64,000 nucleotides of DNA from Candidatus Methanosuratincola verstraetei (lineage in GTDB: Archaea > Thermoproteota > Methanomethylicia > Methanomethylicales > Methanomethylicaceae). The notes beneath the pieces are model-generated. The model saw nothing but the letters and a program-made list of their open reading frames with translations. It was not told where the DNA came from and made no database searches. Location: contig CP186953.1 in the NCBI GenBank assembly GCA_049570475.1, positions 1,056,001 through 1,120,000 of the forward strand. The letters run 5' to 3'. A program made the position numbers and the translations under genes. Below, piece by piece: positions 48,725 through 58,233 of the stretch (the stretch's first letter is position 1; every line of letters starts with the position of its first letter).

Positions 48725-49801
48725 GTGGATCCAATCTCCCTGGCAAAATGGTGGGAGGGAGAAGGGGATGCAGTGAGGTGCCTTCTCTGCCCACGCACAT
48801 GCCTGATCGAGGAGGGTAAGCTCGGATTCTGCCTGGTCAGGAAGAACATTGGCGGCAGCCTATTCTCGACCAACTATGGCATTGTCTCTGTCTCCACCAT
48901 AGACAACATCGAGAAGAAGCCGATCTTCCACTTCCTCCCGGGATCAAAATTGTATTCTGTAGGGTCATTTGGGTGCAACCTCAGGTGCCTTTATTGCCAG
49001 AACTACCCGCTGGTAGAAGGCGGTTTCGAAGCCGCGCCCTACAGGCGCCTACGACCTGAGGATCTCGTGTCGGAGGCAATATCCAGGGGTGCAGATGGCA
49101 TCGCCTGGACCTTCAACGAGCCGATCGTCTGGTCAGAGTACGTGATCGAGACCTCGCGACTTGCTCGCAAAGAGGGGCTCTACTGCATGCTGAATACAAA
49201 CGGGTACATAAATGATAGCCCACGGGACGAGCTACTGGAGGTTATGGATGCCATAAAAGTCGACATAAAGGGGTTTTCGAACCGGTTCTACAGCGAGGTC
49301 TGCAGGGGGTCGTTGGATCCTGTTCTTGGGACATGCAAGGCTGCATCAGAAAAAGGAATACACCTCGAGGTAGCCTACCCTGTGGTGCGGGGGAGGAACG
49401 ACAGCCCAGGCGAAATAGACCGTTTCTGCAAGTGGGTCCGTTTCAACCTCGGTCCTGAAACCCCCGTCCACTTCATCATGGTACACAGTTACCACCGTTT
49501 TGCGGGCCATCCCGAGACCAGCCTGGAGGATCTGCAAAAAATAAGGCTCTTAGGGATCCAAAGCGGCCTAAACCACGTTTACGTCGGCGGGACGACTAAG
49601 GGTCCAGCTCAGAACACATACTGCCCGGTTTGCGGGGAATTGCTGATCTCGAGATCGGGCGACTCTGATGCAGAAAAAGTTTACTTCATGGACCAGCAGG
49701 TGAGCAGATTTTGCCCAAGCCATTCTGCGGTCAGGGTCATGCTGTGCGGAAGATCGTGCCCACGTTGCGGCAGGATAGTCAATATCAAGACAAAAATCTG
49801 A
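48725..49801 (+). CDS. Second AmrS-like radical SAM enzyme
   Basis: DNIEKKPIFHF, GCNLRCLYCQN, WTFNEP, NTYCPVCG. Confidence 0.87.
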   Translation: MDPISLAKWWEGEGDAVRCLLCPRTCLIEEGKLGFCLVRKNIGGSLFSTNYGIVSVSTIDNIEKKPIFHFLPGSKLYSVGSFGCNLRCLYCQNYPLVEGGFEAAPYRRLRPEDLVSEAISRGADGIAWTFNEPIVWSEYVIETSRLARKEGLYCMLNTNGYINDSPRDELLEVMDAIKVDIKGFSNRFYSEVCRGSLDPVLGTCKAASEKGIHLEVAYPVVRGRNDSPGEIDRFCKWVRFNLGPETPVHFIMVHSYHRFAGHPETSLEDLQKIRLLGIQSGLNHVYVGGTTKGPAQNTYCPVCGELLISRSGDSDAEKVYFMDQQVSRFCPSHSAVRVMLCGRSCPRCGRIVNIKTKI

Positions 49802-49927
49802 TCTCCAGGGATGACTTCCTCAGGGGCACCCTCATAGAAGAGCCGTTTTCAGCCGTGTCCAGGGAGATGGTTCAGGTAGGCAGGGGATCTTCAGAAGGAT
49901 CGGAACCGTCCTGCCCGGCACATAGTT

Positions 49928-49940
49928 AATTTAATATAAA
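49928..49940 (+). promoter_or_regulatory. TATA box of tRNA-Val
   Basis: AATTTAATATAAA about 26 nt upstream of the tRNA 5' end. Confidence 0.6.
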
Positions 49941-49965
49941 GCCGCCTCAAAAATAGTCTGACACT

Positions 49966-50043
49966 GGGCCGGTCGTCTAGTTTGGTTAGGATACCGCCCT
50001 GACACGGCGGTGGTCTCCGGTTCGAGTCCGGACCGGCCCACCA
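49966..50043 (+). tRNA. tRNA-Val(GAC), CCA encoded
   Basis: GGGCCGG...CCGCC CT GAC AC GGCGG...GGTTCGAGTCC...CCGGCCC ACCA. Confidence 0.95.
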
Positions 50044-50077
50044 CAAATTCGCCTTGGTTTAGAAATTCTTAAGTTGA

Positions 50078-50848
50078 TTGGCGCCGATATATGTATCTCC
50101 AGAGGGGGCACCAAAAATTTCGGAATACGACCAATGGGCTGAAGTCTACGACATAATGTACGGGAATTACCGCGAAGACATCGACTTCTACAGGAGGGAG
50201 GCCAAGAAGGTCCAAGGAAAGGTCCTCGAGGTTGGCTGCGGCACGGGGCGGATCTACTTGGAGCTGCTCAAGGAAGGGATCGATGTTGAGGGGATCGACA
50301 TTTCGCAAAGGATGCTTAACCAGCTCAAGGAGAAGGCATCGGCAATGGGGCTCAGCCCAAAGGTCTCTGTGGCTGACATGCGGAATTTTGATCTCGGGCG
50401 AAAATTCTCGCTCATAATTGTGCCGTTCAGGTCTTTCCTGTACAACATAACCACCGAAGATCAGCTCAGCACACTCAGATCCTTCCATAAGCATTTGGAG
50501 CCTGGTGGGCTGCTCATACTGAACTTCTTCTACCCTGATCTGGAAATGATGATGGGCCTGAACAAGGAATCGGAAGAGTTGCTGATCAGCGAGGAAGGGA
50601 AATACGTCCTGCGGCAGAGATCTTACTTCATAAGCGAGCCTGATCAGATCGTCGAGACGGCCGCAGTCCTCTACAGGGACGGCGAGCTCTACTGGAAAGG
50701 GACACAGCGCCTGGCATTGGTGTTCAAGCGCGAGTTCGAACTGCTTCTGAGGATCGCTGGTTTCTCGGATTGGGAGGTATTTGGGGGGTTCGACGGGCGC
50801 CCTCTCACTTCTTACAAACAAGAAATGGTCTGGGTGGCTAAAAAATAA
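50078..50848 (+). CDS. Class I SAM-dependent methyltransferase
   Basis: VLEVGCGTGR, GIDIS, ADMR, HLEPGG. Confidence 0.9.
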   Translation: MAPIYVSPEGAPKISEYDQWAEVYDIMYGNYREDIDFYRREAKKVQGKVLEVGCGTGRIYLELLKEGIDVEGIDISQRMLNQLKEKASAMGLSPKVSVADMRNFDLGRKFSLIIVPFRSFLYNITTEDQLSTLRSFHKHLEPGGLLILNFFYPDLEMMMGLNKESEELLISEEGKYVLRQRSYFISEPDQIVETAAVLYRDGELYWKGTQRLALVFKREFELLLRIAGFSDWEVFGGFDGRPLTSYKQEMVWVAKK

Positions 50849-50891
50849 AAATAAAGTAAAAACAAAACAAAAGATTAAGCCTGCCCGACAA

Positions 50892-52145
50892 TCACAGGGA
50901 GATATGCCTGTAGGCTTCGTCTCCCTCTTCGAAGGCATACTTCACAGTCGTGAACTGCGAGATCAGCTTCCTGACATCCTCTCGGACTGAGGCTGGATTT
51001 TCCCTGTCGACTGCCACCCTCTTTACCAGCTTTGCAATCTCTGCCATATCGTCCTCCTTCATTCCGAGCCTCGTCACCTCTTGCGTGCCGAGCCTGACTC
51101 CGGAGCAGTCCTCCTCAGTCTTGTCTGTCGGGAGAGGCGTCTTCGTTGCGACAATGTTGGCCTCTTCCAGCCTCTTCGCAGTGGCATCCCCGTTGTTGTT
51201 GTTCCCTCTGAATATGACTTGGTGAGACCGGGTAAACCCGTTCTTCTCCCCCAGTACTGGGACACCCATGTTGTAGAGCTCCTCAGCCAGCCTCCTGGCG
51301 TTCCTGATCACTTGGGCTGCGTACTCCCTGCCGAATGCGAGGAACTCTGCCAGCGCGACCGAAAGGCCGGCGACGCGGTGCACATGGTGGTTGTTGACCA
51401 GCTGCCATGCGGCGTTGTCGATCTCCTTGGCATACCTCGCCTTGCAGAGGATGATCCCACCCTGCGGCCCAAAGAAGGTCTTGTGGGTGCTGCCTGTGAC
51501 GACCTCTGCCCCCTCCCTAAGCGGATCTTGGAATGCCTTCCCGGCTATTAGCCCAAGAACATGTGCGGAATCATATGCCACGATCGAGCCCGTCTCGTCG
51601 GCGATCCTTCTGATCTCCTTGACTGGGTGCGGGAAGAGGATTTCGCTCGCGCCGAGCAAGACGATTTTTGGCTTGACCCTCGCGATGACCTTCTCCGCTT
51701 CCCCTACGTCGATATTCATCTCATCCATCGAGAACGGGAGTGGCACAAGGCTCACCCCGTGTATCTTGGAGGTCTCCCTGAAGCTTGCGTGCCCCCCGTC
51801 TATCACGCTCAGTGCGGTGACAACCTCGCCTGGCTCCGTCAGGGAGTTGAACAGCACAAGGTTTGCCATTGTGCCAGAAATCGGCACATAGTTCACATGT
51901 TCTGCATCGAAGACCCGCCTTGCTAGATCGGTGGTGATCCCTTCGAGCTCGTCGATGTACTTCGTGCCGCAATAAAACCTGTTGTGCAGGAATCCTATTG
52001 CATACCTATTTCCGAGATCTGAGATGAGCATCTCCTTGACCGCCTTGCTTACCACATTCTCGCTGGCGATCAGGTTAAGGCATGAACCCCTCCATTGCGT
52101 ATGCTCAACGACTATCTTCCTGATGGCTTCAACTTCTCTGCTCAA
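50892..52145 (-). CDS. glyA: Serine hydroxymethyltransferase-family PLP enzyme
   Basis: LNLIASEN, YDSAH, STHKTFFGPQGG, SGVRLGTQE; TTG start behind GGTGAGG. Confidence 0.85.
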   Translation of the reverse strand: MSREVEAIRKIVVEHTQWRGSCLNLIASENVVSKAVKEMLISDLGNRYAIGFLHNRFYCGTKYIDELEGITTDLARRVFDAEHVNYVPISGTMANLVLFNSLTEPGEVVTALSVIDGGHASFRETSKIHGVSLVPLPFSMDEMNIDVGEAEKVIARVKPKIVLLGASEILFPHPVKEIRRIADETGSIVAYDSAHVLGLIAGKAFQDPLREGAEVVTGSTHKTFFGPQGGIILCKARYAKEIDNAAWQLVNNHHVHRVAGLSVALAEFLAFGREYAAQVIRNARRLAEELYNMGVPVLGEKNGFTRSHQVIFRGNNNNGDATAKRLEEANIVATKTPLPTDKTEEDCSGVRLGTQEVTRLGMKEDDMAEIAKLVKRVAVDRENPASVREDVRKLISQFTTVKYAFEEGDEAYRHISL

Positions 52146-52234
52146 TAGCCTCACCAGACTCTTGAGAATTGGGCACAGGTATTTAAAAAATGTTTGTACA
52201 TTTGTGATCGTTTTCAATCGGGCGCTTTAAAACC

Positions 52235-53494
52235 CTACAGCTTGAATACGTCGCCGATCGAAGGGGCATACGCGTCGTGCCCTGTCTCCTCCTTGATCCT
52301 CTCGGCGAAATCGATGCAGGACTCTGCCTCGCCATGTACGCAGAGTATCTTGGGGTTCCCTTTAAGCGACTTCACCAGCTCCATCAGCCCTGTCTTGCCG
52401 CAGTGGGATGAGAAATCGATCCATTCTACCCTGCACTTCACCTTCTTGAGATCGCCTGGCGGGCCGTACTTGCCCTCGTCCATTAGGATCCTGCCTGGCG
52501 TCCCCGGAATCTGGTATGAGACTAGAATCACCGCGTCCTTCGGCCTGTTCCTGATCTTCTCCATGTAGAAGGTCGAGGCCCCGCCCGTCAGCATCCCTGA
52601 TGAGCTTATCACCACTCCCTTCTTGTCGATCAGCTTTTTCCTGTCCCTCTCCCCCTGCACCCACTTGACCCTAGCCATCGCGTCATGCAGGAGCTCGGGA
52701 TCCCTCAGCTCTCCTGCGCACCCGGCTATCATCTTCGTAGCGGTCCTGCTCATCCCGTCAACAGCGATGTCGTACTTGAAACCGTACTTCTGCAGAATGC
52801 AGAGGATCTCTTGGGATCTGCCGACAGAGAATGCTGGAATCAGGGCCAAGCCGCCCCCTTCAACAACCTCCGTCGCAGTCTCAACCAGCTTCCTCTCGCA
52901 TTCTTCCCTCGGCAGGTGGTCGACGAGAGCGTATGTGCTCTCAATGATTGCCATGTCGAGCTCAGGCAAATCCGGATTTGCGCGCTTCAGCAGTGCGGTG
53001 TCGATCATATTTATGTCCCCTGAGTACCATATGTTCTTGCCTTCGAGCGTCACAAGCGCATTCACGCTGCCTGGTATGTGCCCTGAGTTCTGGAACAGGA
53101 CATCTGCATCCCCGATCCTGTAGGTTCCCCTCCTGATGCTCCTGCAGCTCTCGAGCATCGTCTTAAGCTCGAGGGCCTCGAACGGGATGTAGTAAGCAGA
53201 AAGATGCAGCAAATCCCTGATGAGGATGTCTGTGAGCTGCTTAGTGATCTCTGTCATGTAGACTGGGGGCGTCTCGGATATATAGAAGAGGGGGGCAGTG
53301 CCGGAGTGATCCAGGTGAGCGTGCGTTATTATTATCCCATCCAGATCCTTCGGTGATGTTGAGAGAGGAAAGGCGGGTCTTTCATCCTTCACAAGGACAC
53401 CATAATCCATTATGATTTTTGTCCTCTCGCCCTTGACTTCGAACCCAGATCTCCCGACTTCCCTTCCGGCCCCGAAAACAGTTACACTCACCAA
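52235..53494 (-). CDS. beta-CASP metallo-beta-lactamase ribonuclease (aCPSF2-like)
   Basis: GAGREVGRS, THAHLDHSG, GHIPGS, ESTY, GRSQE, FSSH, VHGE; start moved to TTG 53494 (GGAGG SD). Confidence 0.9.
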   Translation of the reverse strand: MVSVTVFGAGREVGRSGFEVKGERTKIIMDYGVLVKDERPAFPLSTSPKDLDGIIITHAHLDHSGTAPLFYISETPPVYMTEITKQLTDILIRDLLHLSAYYIPFEALELKTMLESCRSIRRGTYRIGDADVLFQNSGHIPGSVNALVTLEGKNIWYSGDINMIDTALLKRANPDLPELDMAIIESTYALVDHLPREECERKLVETATEVVEGGGLALIPAFSVGRSQEILCILQKYGFKYDIAVDGMSRTATKMIAGCAGELRDPELLHDAMARVKWVQGERDRKKLIDKKGVVISSSGMLTGGASTFYMEKIRNRPKDAVILVSYQIPGTPGRILMDEGKYGPPGDLKKVKCRVEWIDFSSHCGKTGLMELVKSLKGNPKILCVHGEAESCIDFAERIKEETGHDAYAPSIGDVFKL

Positions 53495-53640
53495 ATTTAA
53501 TTTAACCTCCGTGATATCTGTCAAAAGAAAGTTTTTCCCCCTTAAAAATTCTTCTGAATCCGGTGGAAAACCAGTCAATATAAGCCCCGCGAGGCACTCT
53601 TTATTAATGAGAATTGGTAATCGATATCGAGGTTGTGTAT

Positions 53641-54354
53641 ATGGCAATCACGTTCCATGTTGATAATTCGTCCCTGAAGGGCTGCTCGCTCATCACCGGT
53701 TTCCACGGGCTCGGTGCCACTGGCTTTATATCGGTCAAGCATGCGGTAACCTCCCTCAGCGCTGACCTGATAGGGTACATAGAGACCGACAGGATCCCGC
53801 CTTTCGTGTCGATGGAGGAGAAGCGCCTCTCCCTCCCGTTCGAGATCTACAAGAAGGATAAATTCGTCTTCGTCCTCACCAACGTCCCTCCGCACCCAAA
53901 GGAAAGGCAAAGCTTTTCAAAAGCGCTTGCGGAGTGGGCCATAGACGAGGGGTTCTCCAGCTCGTACCTTATCGGGGGTCTGGACAGCCGCCTCCGACCA
54001 ACCGAGAATGACAAGATCCGATGCACCGTGACCAAGAAATTCAAAGACGTTGAGGGCCTTGGCATACCCCTGCTCGAGAAAGGGCTGTTTGTCGTTGGCC
54101 CATTGGCCGTCATGCTGACATACTTCGAGATAAACGAGTTCCCTGCCATAGCTTTACTTCCTTACGCTAATCCGACGAGGCCGGATCCAATGGCCGCCTC
54201 AATAGCCGTCGAGAACCTGAACAAGTTGACAAACCTTACAATGGACGTATCTCAGCTTATCACCGATGCGCAGCGGATTGAAATGGAGATACAGGAGTTC
54301 AACAAGCAGAGGCAAGACAGGGGCAAGATTGACCAGCATACGCTGTACCTCTGA
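53641..54354 (+). CDS. PAC2-family proteasome assembly chaperone
   Basis: ITGFHGLGATG, IGGLD, VGPLA, PDPMAA. Confidence 0.87.
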   Translation: MAITFHVDNSSLKGCSLITGFHGLGATGFISVKHAVTSLSADLIGYIETDRIPPFVSMEEKRLSLPFEIYKKDKFVFVLTNVPPHPKERQSFSKALAEWAIDEGFSSSYLIGGLDSRLRPTENDKIRCTVTKKFKDVEGLGIPLLEKGLFVVGPLAVMLTYFEINEFPAIALLPYANPTRPDPMAASIAVENLNKLTNLTMDVSQLITDAQRIEMEIQEFNKQRQDRGKIDQHTLYL

Positions 54355-54380
54355 TCTGAGGTGCAGTCCCAAAGCCTGAC

Positions 54381-54980
54381 CTATGCCCTCTCGCCAAGTC
54401 TGATGATCGACTTCGCCCCCCTCCTCAGCGCAGCCAGAAGCGAGTCCAAATCCTTCTCGCATTCGATGACGTTGACCACCGCCCCGACCTGCCCTTTATC
54501 ATGCGCGTCGCTCCCGCCTACCACTGGCGCGCCTATGGCCTTTGCGAACTCCTTGGCCTGCTGATTCTCGTCCCTGCTGCACTTACCATTAACGCCCTCT
54601 ATCAGGTCCACTCCGAGCATTGCGCTCTTCTCTCCGAGAGAAGCCCTCTTCCAGTCAAAAGGATGGGGTGCGACTATTATGCCGCCGGAAGCCCTTGCCC
54701 TGTCTACGACTTCGAATGCGTCCCTTGACACAATGGCCTCTGTTACACCAAGGACTATTATATCCCCGAGATCGGTGGTTATCTCGATCCCTGGCACCAC
54801 TATGATATCCGCGAAGCCTTTTGTATCCATCACCCGCCTGTACCCATCCATTGTGTCGTGGTCTGTAATGGCGACTGCATTTATGCCCTTGGTCTTTAAC
54901 CTCTCCAGCAGCTGACCCGGAGTCAATGTGCTGTCTGGAGAGCTATTGGTATGCACGTGCGCATCAAGGAGAATCCTCAT
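54381..54980 (-). CDS. PHP-domain metallophosphoesterase
   Basis: DAHVHT..S.D, ITDHD, PHPF, GGSDAH. Confidence 0.9.
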   Translation of the reverse strand: MRILLDAHVHTNSSPDSTLTPGQLLERLKTKGINAVAITDHDTMDGYRRVMDTKGFADIIVVPGIEITTDLGDIIVLGVTEAIVSRDAFEVVDRARASGGIIVAPHPFDWKRASLGEKSAMLGVDLIEGVNGKCSRDENQQAKEFAKAIGAPVVGGSDAHDKGQVGAVVNVIECEKDLDSLLAALRRGAKSIIRLGERA

Positions 54981-56490
54981 CAAGCTGCCCTCTAATCTCA
55001 TCGATAGACCTTAGGGTTTTCGCCCCCTCGATCACCATGGTTGACCTTGGATCAATTATGAAAACTTTTCTGTAGGCGTTAGCTGAGATGAACTTCTTGA
55101 GTTCCTTCGCGACGTTCATCCCAATCCCCTCTGAGCATTCATACTGGGAGAGGGGGAATGTCTCGGAAAGCTCTGAGGGGACCACGCCGAAAGGCTCCCC
55201 ATAAAAGCATATGTGGAACTCTTGCCCGGAGAGGATTTCTGCCGCATACTTGTACTCCTTCGATTTGATGTAAGGCCTCTCTGGCGGGTTCGGGATGAAC
55301 ACCCCTATTTCCTTGCCTGGAGGCCTGCTGTAGTTCTCGATCACCCTCTTGCGGTGCCTCATCACCTCTGGTCGAGCTAGGGAGTGCTTGTCGTAGATGA
55401 ATATGCCCTTGACCTCCTTCCCTATTACAGGGTCATTCTCTTCCAGGTATTTGGCGTATTTGCCCAGCCTCTTGTATGCCTCGTACAGCTTTGGGTGAGC
55501 CCTGCTCCTCGCCTCCACGAGTTCCCATAAGCCGCCCTCTTTCAGTGCCTGCCTTATCGCCCTCATCTCAGAGGCGGTTACGTAGAGGTTGTGCCTTGCG
55601 AGGTTTTCTTCGCGCTCTTTCTTTGGCATCTCCAAGAGATCCTTCTGGCTGTACCTTGAGCATACAGGGCAGTTGCAGGGCAGCTCAGTCAGCCGGTCAA
55701 GCCTGAAGGTGCCACGGACCGTCAAGTAGCGGTCATCCTTGGCGAAGAGCGCATATGCAGCCGAGTCAAAGAGGTCGCAGCCGAGGGCTACTGCCAGCGC
55801 AAGCATCATCGGGTGACCTGCCCCGAAGAGGTGAAGCGGTCTGTCCGGAGGGAGGCTGAGCTTGGCTGCAACAATCATGTCTACTAATGTGGAATAGTCA
55901 TACCCTTCCATTATCTGCACGGGGCTCCCCAGCGGGTGGGTCTGGAAGTCCAGCCTGCCCATTGTCCTTGCGCTCCTCCTAATCAGGTCGAGGTACCTTC
56001 CACCCTGGATCGGGCCTGCCCAGAGCATTGTCGGGTCCTCCCGCCATTCCAGGCTGAGCCTCGCCCTCCTGATGGTCTCTTCAACAGTCTTCTCCGCATC
56101 CGTCCTGCTTGCGAATCCGCCGGTTGGCGTGTCAAGTATCACGCCTATATCGCTGCCAATCCTCTCCTGGAACTTGACGATTTCATGAGGATCCGTCTCG
56201 ACCCCGCCGTAGATGAGCAGCTGGTACGCGCCCGAGTCTGTCATTATTGCCCCATCATAACCAACAAGCTGGTGGACGTCGGGTGCCTCGTGACCGAAGT
56301 GTTTCAATATGAGATACGAGTTCGTGATTATCATCTTAAACCCGAAATTGTCCTTGAGCTCACGGGCAGGGATGAGGTTCTTTACAGGGTTGATGACAGG
56401 CATAAGGCAAGGCGTTTCAACTTCGCCTCTCCTGGTCAGGAGCACCCCTGCCCTCCCTGCCAGATCCCTCTCCGTAATCTCAAAGGACAT
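54964..56490 (-). CDS. tgtA: Archaeosine tRNA-guanine(15) transglycosylase
   Basis: ETP.LMPV, TDSGAYQ, PIQGG, HLFGAGHP, GCDLFDSA, CNCPVC...HNL. Confidence 0.95.
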   Translation of the reverse strand: MSFEITERDLAGRAGVLLTRRGEVETPCLMPVINPVKNLIPARELKDNFGFKMIITNSYLILKHFGHEAPDVHQLVGYDGAIMTDSGAYQLLIYGGVETDPHEIVKFQERIGSDIGVILDTPTGGFASRTDAEKTVEETIRRARLSLEWREDPTMLWAGPIQGGRYLDLIRRSARTMGRLDFQTHPLGSPVQIMEGYDYSTLVDMIVAAKLSLPPDRPLHLFGAGHPMMLALAVALGCDLFDSAAYALFAKDDRYLTVRGTFRLDRLTELPCNCPVCSRYSQKDLLEMPKKEREENLARHNLYVTASEMRAIRQALKEGGLWELVEARSRAHPKLYEAYKRLGKYAKYLEENDPVIGKEVKGIFIYDKHSLARPEVMRHRKRVIENYSRPPGKEIGVFIPNPPERPYIKSKEYKYAAEILSGQEFHICFYGEPFGVVPSELSETFPLSQYECSEGIGMNVAKELKKFISANAYRKVFIIDPRSTMVIEGAKTLRSIDEIRGQLDEDSP

Positions 56491-56520
56491 CAGAATTCCT
56501 TCCAAAGAAAAAATTGGGTT

Positions 56521-56946
56521 TTAGGCGCTTTTCTGCTCGAGTACGTGCTGCTCATAAACTTTTTTGACCCTCTCAACCATCGGGCCTGTCCCCTCGACTC
56601 CTTCCGCAGTCACCCTGATCCTGTCCATCACTGTTATGAAACCTGCATCTTCGTAGTATTTCACCATGTTCGGGAAGAGCTTCTGTAGCCTGTCCGATAG
56701 GCCTTTCATGTCAAAAGGCTTCTCCTTCAGAAGGATCTCCGAGATCGCCTCCCCCCTTATTATCGCGCGGGCAAACCTCTCCTTGTTGACTGTGGCATCC
56801 TCGAGGCAGATGCTAAGGCTAGAACCGTCAAAGCCCAAGAGTTTGCCCTCATAGGCGACTCCCCTTGTAGTGATGACCTTGACAGTCTTGTCGACGAAAC
56901 CATTTAGCTCGCTGATGAATTTGCGCCCACCTACTGTAACACTCAT
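56521..56946 (-). CDS. SmAP3-type extended Lsm protein
   Basis: Sm fold (YEGKLLGFD...IIRGE) plus C-terminal domain LFPNMVK...IRVTAEGVEGTGP. Confidence 0.88.
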   Translation of the reverse strand: MSVTVGGRKFISELNGFVDKTVKVITTRGVAYEGKLLGFDGSSLSICLEDATVNKERFARAIIRGEAISEILLKEKPFDMKGLSDRLQKLFPNMVKYYEDAGFITVMDRIRVTAEGVEGTGPMVERVKKVYEQHVLEQKSA

Positions 56947-57262
56947 TTTCGCTCACCTACCCACCCTTAAATATTTTATAAATTATAAATATAGTGCAAA
57001 GCAACGCCTTGGGAAGCCAGGGGATCCAAGGGGTTATCAAAGTGGGCGCCAATCCTGCTGGCTAGGCAGGACCTGCCGCCCCTTCAGTTTCGCCCCTCCC
57101 TCTCTTTCTCCTAGTGCCGGCTCTCCTCGTTTTGAGACGGTTGCTTCGTCCAAATGCACATGTGCGCCCCCGGATAGGAAGCCTGTTGCTGGTAAATCTT
57201 AAAGCCCCTGGGATTGCTAGCCGTGCAGTTCAGCCATGAAGAATACATTTTTGGTGGTGGAA

Positions 57263-58198
57263 ATGAGCTGCGATGAATGCAAAGGCGTTTTGATCCCAGA
57301 CGGCAGCGGAAACCTTGTTTGCGTAGAGTGCGGCCTTGTCCATAGTAACTGCGACTTTTACAATCCGCCGGTTGGGAAGAAGCAGCGGTTGGGGAGCCTC
57401 ATAACCAAGGGGCCTGCGTTCTTCACCGACTCATCAGAAAGGAAGCTCTCCCCAGAAACTCAGGCGAAGTATATTCGGCTCAAGCGGCTTCAGGAGTCTG
57501 CATACAACGGATCATGCCTCAATATGCTCCAGCTCCGCCGAGATTTGGAGTTGATAGCGGTGGAACTCTGCATGCCCAGGGAGGTTGTTGAGACGGCAAT
57601 GAACTTCTTCGATCAGCTCCTCTCCAAACTCAGGAACCCTTACGGGAACTACGGCATGCTGATGGCGGTGTGCCTGGCCTCGGTCTCTAGGGAATTTGGC
57701 GATCGCGCACCGGTGCGGCTTCCCGAGCTGGTCAATGCCTTCAAGCGGAGGGGGTACAAGCTATCCGTTAGGGTGGTCGCAAAGAACCTTAATTTCCACT
57801 CTTTCTTCATCCCATTCAACAAGAAATTCCATCAGTCAGAGGATTATCTCGGCAGGGTTGTCGAAAAGTTGCGCACATCTCCTTTCATCCAAGTCAGGAT
57901 CCGCCTCATCGGCTTTGAACCCGACGACTACTTCCAGAGGCTCTTGTCGCTTTCTAAAGTTCTTCTTGCAGGCCTCCCCCCGCCCCGCAGATCAGGCAAG
58001 AACCCATACCTCCTTGCGGCTTCGGCAGTTTTCCTAGCTAATAAGATCCTTGCAGAGTCAAGATCGGCCGAAAGCATACTGACCAAGTCGCAGTTCTCCA
58101 AGGATGTGGGGATAGCCGAGTACACGCTGCGGAGCCATCTTTCAACGGTCTTCACTAACGGCGCCTCCCAGTCCAAAATGCTCGCTGCCCAGATCTAG
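57263..58198 (+). CDS. Divergent TFB/TFIIB-like protein
   Basis: Zn ribbon CDEC...VCVECGLV; cyclin-repeat motifs SGKNPYLLAASAVFLA and QFSKDVGIAEYTLR. Confidence 0.75.
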   Translation: MSCDECKGVLIPDGSGNLVCVECGLVHSNCDFYNPPVGKKQRLGSLITKGPAFFTDSSERKLSPETQAKYIRLKRLQESAYNGSCLNMLQLRRDLELIAVELCMPREVVETAMNFFDQLLSKLRNPYGNYGMLMAVCLASVSREFGDRAPVRLPELVNAFKRRGYKLSVRVVAKNLNFHSFFIPFNKKFHQSEDYLGRVVEKLRTSPFIQVRIRLIGFEPDDYFQRLLSLSKVLLAGLPPPRRSGKNPYLLAASAVFLANKILAESRSAESILTKSQFSKDVGIAEYTLRSHLSTVFTNGASQSKMLAAQI

Positions 58199-58233
58199 CT
58201 TCCGCCCTACTATCCTCTTTTTCTACTTGCGTT

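Noticed and set aside
53558-53575. TCCGGTGGAAAACC resembling a mini-ORB
   Set aside because: Single copy, no G-string, far from cdc6, and within a divergent promoter.
56950-57235. Long GC-rich intergenic stretch as a possible ncRNA
   Set aside because: No recognisable C/D, H/ACA, SRP or RNase P motifs, so it cannot be supported.
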